Both the position numbers and the translations under genes were made by a program. Source: an uncultured Eggerthellaceae bacterium (GTDB lineage Bacteria; Actinomycetota; Coriobacteriia; Coriobacteriales; Eggerthellaceae). From it: 64,000 bases of DNA. Every line of letters starts with the position of its first letter. Within the stretch, counting starts at the first letter, position 1. Below, piece by piece: positions 9,753 through 17,871 of the stretch. The notes below the pieces were generated by a model, which was not told the DNA's origin, did no database searches, and saw only the letters and a program-made list of their open reading frames with translations. The stretch covers positions 12,736 to 76,735 of the forward strand of contig CAUEBO010000004.1 of assembly GCA_958454405.1 (NCBI GenBank). The letters are read 5' to 3'.

Positions 9753-10808
9753 ATGGCGCGCGGGACGCACGATGGAAAACCGAAGAAGGGCGGGCTGTTC
9801 GACGATCTTTCGATCGCGCAGGTGCTGGCCGGCGCGCTTGCGGCCGTCACGTCCATGCTCCTGGCTTCCCAAATCGGCATCTACGGCTCCGTCATCGGCG
9901 TGGGCGTGGGTTCCGTGGTGTCCGCGGTCGCGTCCCAGCTGTACAAGAAGTTCCTGCAGGCTTCGGCCGACAAGATCCAGGAGCTGAAGCCGGGGGAGAC
10001 CGGCTTCATGAGAGGCGCGGGCGGCGGTTCCGAGTCCGCACCGGGCGAGGCGCCGCAGGGGCCTGCCGGCGGCAGCGAGGGCTCCTCCGCGCCAGATGCC
10101 GCCGCGCCCGCCGAGGTGCCGGCTCAGCTCGATCCGGCGCGGACGGCGCGGCTTGAAGGCGCGGCCACGCGGCGCTCTCCCACGCCGCGGGTCGACGACG
10201 ACCGCTTGCGCGGCGATGCGGCGTTGGAGCGCGCCCAGGAGCGGCGCGCCCACAAGAGGAAGCTCCAGCGCGGAGTCGTCATCGTGGCCGTGGTGTCGGC
10301 GCTCTTGGCCGTGGGGGCCTCGGCGTTCGTCATCGATTTCGCCACCACGGGCCAGGGCGTCGGGGAGAAGACCGCGTCCCTCATCCGCCCGTCGTCTGAC
10401 GAGAAGGCGCCGCAGGCCGACGAAGCATCCTCGGGCGGAGCGCCCAGCGGGCAGGATCCGGCGTCCGACAGCTCGAAGCAGGACGGCTCGTCTTCCCAGG
10501 ATGGCGGCTCGAGTGGATCCTCGTCCGGTTCCGGCGGCGGCTCGGACGGCCAGAGCTCCGGGTCCCAGGGCTCGGGCGACAACGCGCAGGGCGGCGCCGC
10601 AGGGGGCGACCAGCCCGGCGACGGCTCCTCTGGATCAGGTTCCGGCTCGGGCTCTGGCTCGGGCTCGGGCTCCGATCCGAATTCCGGCTCGGGCTCGAAT
10701 TCCGGCTCCGGCTCGCCGTCGGGCGGCTCGTCCGGATCGAGCACGGGTTCCAGCGGGGGCGGGAGCTCGAGCTCCTCTTCTTCCGAGGCCGTGCGCGCAC
10801 TCGCCTAG
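9753..10808 (+). CDS. Membrane-associated hypothetical protein with a long Ser/Gly-rich low-complexity tail
   Basis: RBS GGGAGGA lies before ATG 9753. Hydrophobic segments are LAGALAAVTSMLLASQIGIYGSVIGVGVGSVV and VVIVAVVSALLAVGASAFVI. The C-terminal ~130 aa are almost only S/G/D/Q/P. Confidence 0.55.
   Translation: MARGTHDGKPKKGGLFDDLSIAQVLAGALAAVTSMLLASQIGIYGSVIGVGVGSVVSAVASQLYKKFLQASADKIQELKPGETGFMRGAGGGSESAPGEAPQGPAGGSEGSSAPDAAAPAEVPAQLDPARTARLEGAATRRSPTPRVDDDRLRGDAALERAQERRAHKRKLQRGVVIVAVVSALLAVGASAFVIDFATTGQGVGEKTASLIRPSSDEKAPQADEASSGGAPSGQDPASDSSKQDGSSSQDGGSSGSSSGSGGGSDGQSSGSQGSGDNAQGGAAGGDQPGDGSSGSGSGSGSGSGSGSDPNSGSGSNSGSGSPSGGSSGSSTGSSGGGSSSSSSSEAVRALA
10620..10785 (+). repeat. Imperfect GGCTCG/GGCTCC-type coding microsatellite (SGSGSG tract)
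   Basis: Runs of ggctcgggctc / ggttccggctc units encode GSGSGSGSGSGSGSDPNSGSGSNSGSGS. Confidence 0.7.
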
Positions 10809-11692
10809 CGCACCGCGATGCGCGGCCACAGCTTGGCGATATCGCCCGCAAGGCCCACCCCGTTTTCCCCGGCGCTCCCCTCGATGCGAGCGTCGTCGCG
10901 GTTCATGCGCACGAGCGGCGCGCCCGTCAGGGCGGCCAGCCGCTCGAAGGGGCGGCGGATGATGCCGGGGGTGTTCCACCCCACTCCCAGCTCCAAAAGC
11001 ACGGTGCGGCGCTCGCGCATGCCCTCGACGAACCGCAGGAAGCGCTGTTGAGCCGCGTGCCACGACGCGTCCTCGACGAAGTGCCCGTCGCAGCGCAGGT
11101 GCACGGCCATCGGCCCGCCGCAGACGGGGCACGACGGGACGAGCTCGCTCGGCGCGCGGGTGGGATCGCTCCGCTCGGCTGCTGCCAGAATGTCGGCGAC
11201 CAGCCGCTCGTTGGGATAGAGGCGCTCGTGGCATCCGCTCCTGCATTGGTTGAAGCCGTAGTCGCCTTGCGTGGCGAATAGGCGGCTGCCATCGAAGCCC
11301 GCTTTCTCGAACTGCGCGTCCACGTTCGTGGTGATGACGAAGTAGTCGCGCGTGCGCGCGAAGTCGAAGAGCTCGCGGTAGAGCGGCAGCGCGGGAGGCT
11401 GGTAGCGGTTGACGTGCACGTGGCGCGCCCAGTACGCCCACCGGTCCTCTTCGGTCGGGAAGGGGTAGAAGCCGGCCGAGTACATGTCGGTCATGCCGTA
11501 GCGCGCGATGAACGGGGCGAACGCGCGCTCGAAGCGCTCGCCGCCGTAGTCCAGGCCCGCAGCGGTCGAAAGTCCCGCTCCGGCGCCGATGAGGACGCGT
11601 TCGGCGCGCCCGAGAAGCTTGCGGGCCTCTGCCAGGCCGCTTGCAAGCTCCATGCCGCGCGCCGGTCCGTTCGCCGGGAAGCGATCGTCCAT
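10805..11692 (-). CDS. SIR2-family protein, class-M (SirTM)-like candidate protein ADP-ribosyltransferase
   Basis: GAGAGLSTAAG, ITTNVD, and a CxxC..CPVCG zinc module. The position of the canonical sirtuin catalytic His reads ATQGDYG (Gln). Strong RBS AAAGGAGGAGG lies before ATG 11692. Confidence 0.7.
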   Translation of the reverse strand: MDDRFPANGPARGMELASGLAEARKLLGRAERVLIGAGAGLSTAAGLDYGGERFERAFAPFIARYGMTDMYSAGFYPFPTEEDRWAYWARHVHVNRYQPPALPLYRELFDFARTRDYFVITTNVDAQFEKAGFDGSRLFATQGDYGFNQCRSGCHERLYPNERLVADILAAAERSDPTRAPSELVPSCPVCGGPMAVHLRCDGHFVEDASWHAAQQRFLRFVEGMRERRTVLLELGVGWNTPGIIRRPFERLAALTGAPLVRMNRDDARIEGSAGENGVGLAGDIAKLWPRIAVR

Positions 11693-11849
11693 GCTGCCTC
11701 CTCCTTTCTGCCGGCCATGAGCGGCGCCGCCTTGCGCTGCGCTCGCGGTCATTCTACAATCAAGGATATCTTTTTGAAAGCAGGAACTTCATTGTGCTGT
11801 AGGTACCCTATGGAAACTATGAGGCTGAAAAGCAGGGAAGGGAGACTCC

Positions 11850-12215
11850 GTGGAATACGCCGAGTACCGCAATGACGAGGCGCCGACGATCGACGATCTG
11901 CCCCCGTGCCCCGTCGAGACGACCGCGCAGCTCATCGGAAGCAAGTGGAGGCTGCTCATCCTGCGCGACCTCTTGGAGGGCTCGAAGCGCTTCGGCGAGC
12001 TGAGGCGCTCGGTGGGGTCCATCTCGCAGAAGGTGCTCACGTCGAACCTGCGCGAGATGGAGGAGAAGGGGCTCGTGGTGCGCCGCGTGTACCCCGAGGT
12101 GCCGCCGCGCGTCGAATACGGCTTGACCGAGCTCGGGCAGAGCCTGCGGCCCATCATCGACGCCATGGGGGCTTGGGGCGAGGGGTACCGGGGCCGGGCG
12201 CGCAGAACATCCTGA
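11850..12215 (+). CDS. HxlR family transcriptional regulator
   Basis: CPVETTAQLIGSKWRLLILRDLLEGSKRFGELRRS..ISQKVLTSNLREMEEKGLVVRRVY is the HxlR signature. GTG start sits behind GGGAAGGGAG. Confidence 0.85.
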   Translation: MEYAEYRNDEAPTIDDLPPCPVETTAQLIGSKWRLLILRDLLEGSKRFGELRRSVGSISQKVLTSNLREMEEKGLVVRRVYPEVPPRVEYGLTELGQSLRPIIDAMGAWGEGYRGRARRTS

Positions 12216-12230
12216 CGTTTCTGAGCCCGC

Positions 12231-13097
12231 TCAGAATCCCAGCAGGCTGCGGTACAGCGCTTCGTCGGCTTGGCTGAACACGTTGAACACCACCAAGGGC
12301 GCATGCGGGCCGTGCTCGTCGAGCCAGCGGCGCACGGCGCCCACTGCGATTCGCGCGGCTTCGCCTTGCGGGAAGCCGAACACCCCGGTGCTGATGCAGC
12401 AGAACGCGATGCTCTTCGCGCCCCGCGCGTGCGCGGCGTCGAGACAGCTTGCGTAGCACGAGGCCAGCTGGGCGCGTTGGCGCTCGGTCGGCCGCCCGTT
12501 CGCGATGGGGCCCACGGTGTGCACGACGAGGCGGGACGGCAGGTTGAAGGCTTTGGTGACCTTCGCGGAGCCGGTCGGCTCGTCGAAGCCTTGCGCGCGC
12601 ATGATGTCGTTGCAGGCCAGGCGCAGCTGCACGCCCGCGTAGGTGTGGATGGCGTTGTCGATGCAGTGGTGGCCGGGGACCCAGCAGCCGAGCAGCCGGG
12701 AGTTCGCGGCGTTCACGATGGCGTCGGCTTCCAAGGTGGTGATGTCGCCTCGCCACAGACGCAGGCGGGGGTCGCTCGGAACGGGCGCGAGGCCGTTGGC
12801 CGAGGTGATGCCCTTGCGGGCGATGAGCTCGCGCAGCACCTGGTCTTGGGCGGCCAGGAACCGCTCGTCTGCCGGCCAGGGCTCGCGCACGTTCACGAGG
12901 GCGCGGAACAGAGCCCAGCTCTCGTCGAGCGGCGCGCCGGGCGGCGGAGGGTCGAACCGACGGCCACCCAGGCTGCGGCCGCCGTCCTTCGTCACGTCGG
13001 CTGGCTGTCCCGAATCCAACCGTTCGTGCGCAGACCGTTCGTCAAGCAGGTATCCCGTCAGGCGGTCCACGTGCTCCTTCAAGGTGCGGTCGTCCAT
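12231..13097 (-). CDS. Macrodomain protein-ADP-ribose hydrolase (SirTM-associated macro type with N-terminal extension)
   Basis: LWRGDITTLEADAIVNAANSRLLGC, HCIDNAIHTYAGVQLR, and IAFCCISTGVFGFPQ closely parallel the staphylococcal SirTM-linked macrodomain as I recall it. The real start is MDDRTL at 13097, not the 613-aa track ORF. Confidence 0.8.
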   Translation of the reverse strand: MDDRTLKEHVDRLTGYLLDERSAHERLDSGQPADVTKDGGRSLGGRRFDPPPPGAPLDESWALFRALVNVREPWPADERFLAAQDQVLRELIARKGITSANGLAPVPSDPRLRLWRGDITTLEADAIVNAANSRLLGCWVPGHHCIDNAIHTYAGVQLRLACNDIMRAQGFDEPTGSAKVTKAFNLPSRLVVHTVGPIANGRPTERQRAQLASCYASCLDAAHARGAKSIAFCCISTGVFGFPQGEAARIAVGAVRRWLDEHGPHAPLVVFNVFSQADEALYRSLLGF

Positions 13098-13237
13098 CGC
13101 CGGTCCTTTCCCGCAAAGCGGCAGAGCCCTTCGGTCGAGGGCTCTGCCCAGTATACGCCGCATCTTCGTTGATTTACGATGCATGGGCAAGACGTTGCCG
13201 CGCCTGCGCCGCCCTGGCTTGCGCTGCCTTCTTCTCC

Positions 13238-14035
13238 CTATGCGAAGAAGAAGCCCGTGGTCATGTCCAGGTAGTTGCTCCCGGCGTAGCCGGGGTACTT
13301 CGCCTGGACGGCCGCTTTGAACTCGTCGGCCGAAGCGCTTCGGGCTGCGATGCCCTTCAGGCTCTCGAGGTAGGCGATCTTCGCCTCGGCGTCCTTCTGG
13401 TCCTCGGGCGTGTAGTGAGAGGTGAGGATGAGGTCGATGCCGCGGTCGAGGTAGCCGCGCAACTGGGCTGCGATGGCGTCCGCGTGCCCGGGACCGGCGA
13501 CGATGGAGTGGCAGTCGTGGCCGAGCATGTGCGTGTACACGGCGTTGAGGCGGGGGAGCTCGATGTCGAAGGCGTCGTCGTTGCGCACGATGCGCATCTC
13601 GACGCCGGCCAGCTCGAGCGCATCGCCCTCGATGATGTTCGTCACGTGCGCGATGGAGCCGTCGAACGCCGCTCCGAACGTTTCCGCGAAGCCGTCGATG
13701 AGGGCTTTTCCGCCCCCTGCATGCCCGTACGCATCGGCCTCCTTCGTGGCGTACACAGGCGTGCCCGCCAGGAAGCTCGCTCCCGCCATGTGGTAGGCGG
13801 CCACGATCCCTTCGACGGCGATGCCCGTGTCGGACAGGTACCCTTCGAGCGCCTTGATGCCGTCGAAGAAGCACGGATACTCGATGACGAACCCGCGTCC
13901 TTCCTTCTCCACCACGAACACCTCGTCGTCGATGGGGTCGGCCGTGCAAAACGCGTGCAGCTTCACGCCTCCGAAGTCGTACACGTCGATGGACCCGGTG
14001 GCCAGTTCGATGTGCGCGCAGTCGCTCTTCTTCAT
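13238..14035 (-). CDS. Hypothetical protein, possibly a degenerate metallo-beta-lactamase-fold protein
   Basis: RBS GGAGGAA lies before ATG 14035 and coding looks coherent. His-rich segments (AAYHMAG, THMLGHDCHS, LTSHYTPED) are present, but there is no canonical HxHxDH. Confidence 0.4.
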   Translation of the reverse strand: MKKSDCAHIELATGSIDVYDFGGVKLHAFCTADPIDDEVFVVEKEGRGFVIEYPCFFDGIKALEGYLSDTGIAVEGIVAAYHMAGASFLAGTPVYATKEADAYGHAGGGKALIDGFAETFGAAFDGSIAHVTNIIEGDALELAGVEMRIVRNDDAFDIELPRLNAVYTHMLGHDCHSIVAGPGHADAIAAQLRGYLDRGIDLILTSHYTPEDQKDAEAKIAYLESLKGIAARSASADEFKAAVQAKYPGYAGSNYLDMTTGFFFA

Positions 14036-14313
14036 GGTTGTTCCTCCGATCTTGCGCGGCGCCCTGCCGCATCGGCCCCAGGCGCCGCTGGTTTCATTGA
14101 CGATTTGCATGATAGGAAGCTGGGTGACAATATGAAAGTAAGCACTTGAAAGTTTTGTAGCAACCATTTGGATACTATTAAGAGCGACGTGCGAATACCG
14201 TTTATCTCGAAATATGCGGCCTCCCATGCGCTTCATCGGGTAGACTGGCTTTTGTGCCGATCGAGGGGACCGGCATGCACGAACGGCAGCATCGCAGCAG
14301 CTGGGGGATTTCC

Positions 14314-15246
14314 ATGACGGACCTTTCGACCGCCATCGAGCAGATGGCCATACTGTTCCTTGTCGCATGCGTCGGGTTCGCCTCGGCCAAGCTCGGCTTC
14401 ATCGACAACCATGCGAAGGACAAGTTCAACAAGCTGCTGATGAACGTGACGCTGCCCTGCATGATCGTCGCCTCGGCGGAGGGCGCGAGCCCCGATGCCG
14501 CAGGCGCCCTGATAGGCGGCGCGTTCGTGCTGGGCGCGGTGCTGTTCTTCATGCTGCTGCTCATCGGGTTTCTGTGCAACCTCCTGCTGCGCGTCCCGCA
14601 TGGGCAGCGTCGGCTGTACCTGTTCATGAGCGTCTGCTCCAACATGGGATTTCTGGGCATTCCCCTGATCGCGTCCGTGTTCGGCGACGCCAGCATTATC
14701 CTGTCGAGCATCTTCGTCATGATGCAGGGGGTGTTCCTCTACAGCATCGGGCTGATGCTGCTCGCATCCAAGGAGAGCGGGGGCGCGAGCATGTCGTGGA
14801 CGTCCATCGTGAACCCTGCGATGGTGGCGTGCATTCTGGCCGTCGCGCTGTTCTTGGGCGGCGTGCAGCTCCCCTCGGTGATCCAGGGCACGCTCGACAT
14901 GGTGGGCGGCCTCACGACGCCGATCGCCCTCATGCTCATCGGCGTCATCATATCGCAGGTGAACGTGAAGGCGGTCGTGTCCGAATGGCGGATGTACCCC
15001 TACGTGGCCATCAAGCAGCTGATCGTGCCCGCGGCGCTGTTTCTGGTCCTGCGCATCTTCCTTGATATGCCGCTGCTCGTCGGGGTGTTCGTGCTCATGA
15101 TGGCCATGCCGGTTGGCACGCTGGTGCCCATGTGGGCGGAGCAGTACGGGCGCGACCCGGTGCTGGGCGCGAAGGGCACCATCATCAGCACGGCGCTGTC
15201 CTTCGCGTTCCTGCCGGTCCTCATCACGTTCATGGCGATGGCCTGA
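14314..15246 (+). CDS. AEC (auxin efflux carrier) family transporter
   Basis: About 10 hydrophobic helices with a typical AEC N-terminus: ILFLVACVGFASAKLGFIDNHAKDKFNKLLMNVTLPCMI. Confidence 0.75.
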   Translation: MTDLSTAIEQMAILFLVACVGFASAKLGFIDNHAKDKFNKLLMNVTLPCMIVASAEGASPDAAGALIGGAFVLGAVLFFMLLLIGFLCNLLLRVPHGQRRLYLFMSVCSNMGFLGIPLIASVFGDASIILSSIFVMMQGVFLYSIGLMLLASKESGGASMSWTSIVNPAMVACILAVALFLGGVQLPSVIQGTLDMVGGLTTPIALMLIGVIISQVNVKAVVSEWRMYPYVAIKQLIVPAALFLVLRIFLDMPLLVGVFVLMMAMPVGTLVPMWAEQYGRDPVLGAKGTIISTALSFAFLPVLITFMAMA

Positions 15247-15317
15247 GCGAAAGGACCATCGGTTGCAGCTTGGCGCCTTCGCCCGTTCTGCGCCGGGCGC
15301 ACGGGTATAATGGGGCC

Positions 15318-16235
15318 ATGGAAACGATGGCGGTCAACATACCCGACGTCGCGCTCGTCATCGAGGGCGGCGGCATGCGCGCGAGCGGCACGGCCGGCGC
15401 GGTGGTCACGCTGCTCGAGCGCCAGATGAACTTCGGCAAGGTTTACGGGATATCGGCCGGATCGAGCCATGCGGCGAACTACGTGTCGCGCGACAAGGAG
15501 CGCGTGAAGGCGTCGTTCGTCGACCTCGTGCGCGATCCTCGCTTCGGCGGCGCAGGCAGCTTCTTGCGCGGGACGGGCTACTTCAACGCGCCGTATTTGT
15601 ACGGGGGCATCGCCGAGGAGCTGGAGGGCGCGGGCGCGACGATGGCGTTCGATTTCGAGACGTTTCGGGCGAATCCCGCCGACGTGCACATCGAGGGCTT
15701 CGATTGGGACACGGGCGAGACGGTTGCGTGGACGAAGGCCGACATGCCCACCCTGCGCGCTCTGATGCTGCGCGTGCGCGCGAGCTCCACCATGCCTATC
15801 TTCATGCCGCCGACCGAGATCGACGGGCGCACGTACCTGGACGGCGGCATGGGCGAGAGCTGGGGCATCCTCTTGGACGCGGCGCGGCGAGACGGTTTCG
15901 AGCGCTTCTTCGTCATCCGCTCGCAGGAGCGAGGCTATCGCAAGAAGCCGCTCGCCGCGGCCGTGCGGGCGCTGTTCAAGGCCGCTTTCCGCGCGCATCC
16001 GCTCGTCGCCGAGCGCACGATCGAGCGCTGGCGCCATTACAATGCGCTGTGCGACGAGGTGGAACGGCTGGAGCGCGAGGGCGCTGCATGCGTGTTCTAT
16101 CCCGAGCGCGTGGACGTGTCGAACAGGGAGACGGACTTCGCGAAGCTGCAGGCGTTCTACGAGCGCGGGTACGCCCAGGCGCAGCGCGAGGCCGATGCAT
16201 GGGAGGCGTGGGTGCAGACGGGGCGCAGCGCATGA
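15318..16235 (+). CDS. Patatin-like phospholipase family protein (paralogue 1)
   Basis: Oxyanion GGGMRASG, nucleophile elbow GISAGSS, and catalytic Asp in YLDGGMG. Confidence 0.8.
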   Translation: METMAVNIPDVALVIEGGGMRASGTAGAVVTLLERQMNFGKVYGISAGSSHAANYVSRDKERVKASFVDLVRDPRFGGAGSFLRGTGYFNAPYLYGGIAEELEGAGATMAFDFETFRANPADVHIEGFDWDTGETVAWTKADMPTLRALMLRVRASSTMPIFMPPTEIDGRTYLDGGMGESWGILLDAARRDGFERFFVIRSQERGYRKKPLAAAVRALFKAAFRAHPLVAERTIERWRHYNALCDEVERLEREGAACVFYPERVDVSNRETDFAKLQAFYERGYAQAQREADAWEAWVQTGRSA

Positions 16236-17011
16236 GCGGCGAAGCGGCGCGCGCTGCGAAGCGCGGCGGGGCGCTCGGGAACGGGGAGACGGCCACGTCG
16301 AAGCTCGAGCTCATCATGGGGCGCGAGGGACTCGACCGCCTTGCGGCGTCGACCGTGGTGGTGCTCGGGCTGGGCGGCGTGGGATCGAACTGCGTCGAGG
16401 CCCTCGTGCGCGGCGGCGTGGGGCGGCTCGTCGTCGTCGACCACGACGTGGTGCAGGAGAGCAACATCAACCGCCAGGCCATAGCCTTCCACAGCACGAT
16501 TGGACGGAAGAAGACCGACGTCGTGCGCGCCATGGCCGCCGACATCAACCCGGACGTCCGGGTTGAGGCGCTCGATCGGTTCGTGCTGGCGGAGGACGTG
16601 CCCGAGCTGCTGGGCGCGTACCGCGGCGATGCCGATTACGTGGTGGACGCCATCGACACGATCTCGACCAAGCTCGCCATCGCGGAATACGCCGACCGCG
16701 AAGGCCTGCGGCTCATCAGCAGCATGGGGGCGGCGAACAAGCTGCATCCGGAATGCTTCCGGATAGCCGACGTGTACGACACCGTGAACTGCCCGCTGTG
16801 CCGCATCATGCGCAAGGAGGGGCGCAAGCGCGGCATCGGGGGGCTGCGCGTGCTGTACTCCTGCGAGCAGCCGGTGCAGGTCGCCGTGCGCGAGGGCGCG
16901 ACGCGGAAGGAGCGGTCGAACCTGGGGACCGCCTCCTTCGTGCCGCCCATCATGGGCCAGATGATCGCCGGCGCGGTCATCCGCGAGCTTGCCGGATTGG
17001 ACGGCGCGTGA
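16232..17011 (+). CDS. tcdA: ThiF/MoeB-type E1-like protein, tRNA threonylcarbamoyladenosine dehydratase (TcdA)-like
   Basis: VVVLGLGGVGSNCVEALVRGGVGRLVVVDHDVVQESNINRQ and a C-terminal CPLCRIMRKE. The ATG overlaps the patatin stop (ATGA). Confidence 0.7.
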   Translation: MSGEAARAAKRGGALGNGETATSKLELIMGREGLDRLAASTVVVLGLGGVGSNCVEALVRGGVGRLVVVDHDVVQESNINRQAIAFHSTIGRKKTDVVRAMAADINPDVRVEALDRFVLAEDVPELLGAYRGDADYVVDAIDTISTKLAIAEYADREGLRLISSMGAANKLHPECFRIADVYDTVNCPLCRIMRKEGRKRGIGGLRVLYSCEQPVQVAVREGATRKERSNLGTASFVPPIMGQMIAGAVIRELAGLDGA

Positions 17012-17835
17012 TGGGCGCGAAGCACGGCCCGGCGGCCGCGAGCGCGGCCCCTTCGCCCGTTTGCGTCTTCGACATGCATTGCCATCTGGATTTCGCGCCC
17101 GACGCCCGCGCCGCCGCATCGTCCGCGGCGATCCAGGGCATCGGCGCGCTCTCGGTCACGGTGGCGCCCGCGGGATACATCCGCGCAGCGCGCGAGCTCG
17201 CATCGTTTTCGAACGTGCGCGTGGGGCTGGGCCTGCATCCGTGGTGGATCGCGGACGGGCTGTGCGGCGAAGACGACGTCGCGGCGTTCGAGCGGCTCGC
17301 GCCCGACGAGCGCTTCATCGGCGAGGTGGGCCTCGATTTCGGCAGGGCGCGCGCCGCGGCGCGCGAGGCGCAGCTGGCCGCGTTCGACCGCGTGGCCGCC
17401 GCATGCTCGGGCGGGGGGAAGGCGCTTTCGATCCATGCGGTGAAGGCTGCGGGCGAGGCGCTGGACGTGCTGGAGCGCCGCGGCGCGCTTGCCGGCAACG
17501 CCTGCGTCTTCCATTGGTTCTCGGGCACGTCCGACGAGCTGCAGCGTGCCGTGCGGCTGGGCTGCCGCTTTTCCATCAATCCGCGCATGCTGGAAACGAA
17601 GCGCGGCCGCGCGTACGCGCGGTCCCTGCCGGCGGACCGGCTGCTGCTGGAATCGGACGCCCCTGCCGAAGCGGGCGCGGCCTACGATGCCGATGCGGTG
17701 CGGATCGGGCTGGCGCGCACGACGGAGCGGCTCGCCGAGCTCCGGGGCGAATCGTGCGACGAGCTTTCGGCCCGCATCGCCTGCTCGAGCGGCGGGCTGC
17801 TCTCGCAGCCTTCTCGCGTCCGAGCCGGGGGGTAG
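17011..17835 (+). CDS. TatD family metal-dependent hydrolase/deoxyribonuclease
   Basis: FDMHCHLDF, GLGLHPWW, GEVGLDF, SIHAVKA, and ESDAP motifs. The start overlaps the tcdA stop by 1 nt (GTGATG). Confidence 0.75.
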   Translation: MGAKHGPAAASAAPSPVCVFDMHCHLDFAPDARAAASSAAIQGIGALSVTVAPAGYIRAARELASFSNVRVGLGLHPWWIADGLCGEDDVAAFERLAPDERFIGEVGLDFGRARAAAREAQLAAFDRVAAACSGGGKALSIHAVKAAGEALDVLERRGALAGNACVFHWFSGTSDELQRAVRLGCRFSINPRMLETKRGRAYARSLPADRLLLESDAPAEAGAAYDADAVRIGLARTTERLAELRGESCDELSARIACSSGGLLSQPSRVRAGG

Positions 17836-17871
17836 GCGCTGCCGCGTGCGGTCCCGCGGCGCGCGTGCGGT

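Noticed and set aside
10805-11692. The SIR2 protein as a Thoeris/DSR-type NAD-depleting defence effector.
   Set aside because: It is small and single-domain, with no SLOG, TIR or helicase partner. It shows SirTM-like sequence features and has a dedicated macrodomain eraser nearby, which points to reversible ADP-ribosylation signalling instead.
12231-14072. A 613-aa ORF treated as a single gene.
   Set aside because: Only the C-terminal 288 aa (from MDDRTL at 13097, with an RBS) look like a real protein (macrodomain). The upstream part overlaps the well-supported 13238..14035 gene in another frame and is Arg/Gly-rich.
15318-17011. Patatin plus an E1-like gene as a CBASS operon.
   Set aside because: There is no CD-NTase and no JAB/Cap3. 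The E1-like protein has TcdA size and motifs without an E2 domain.
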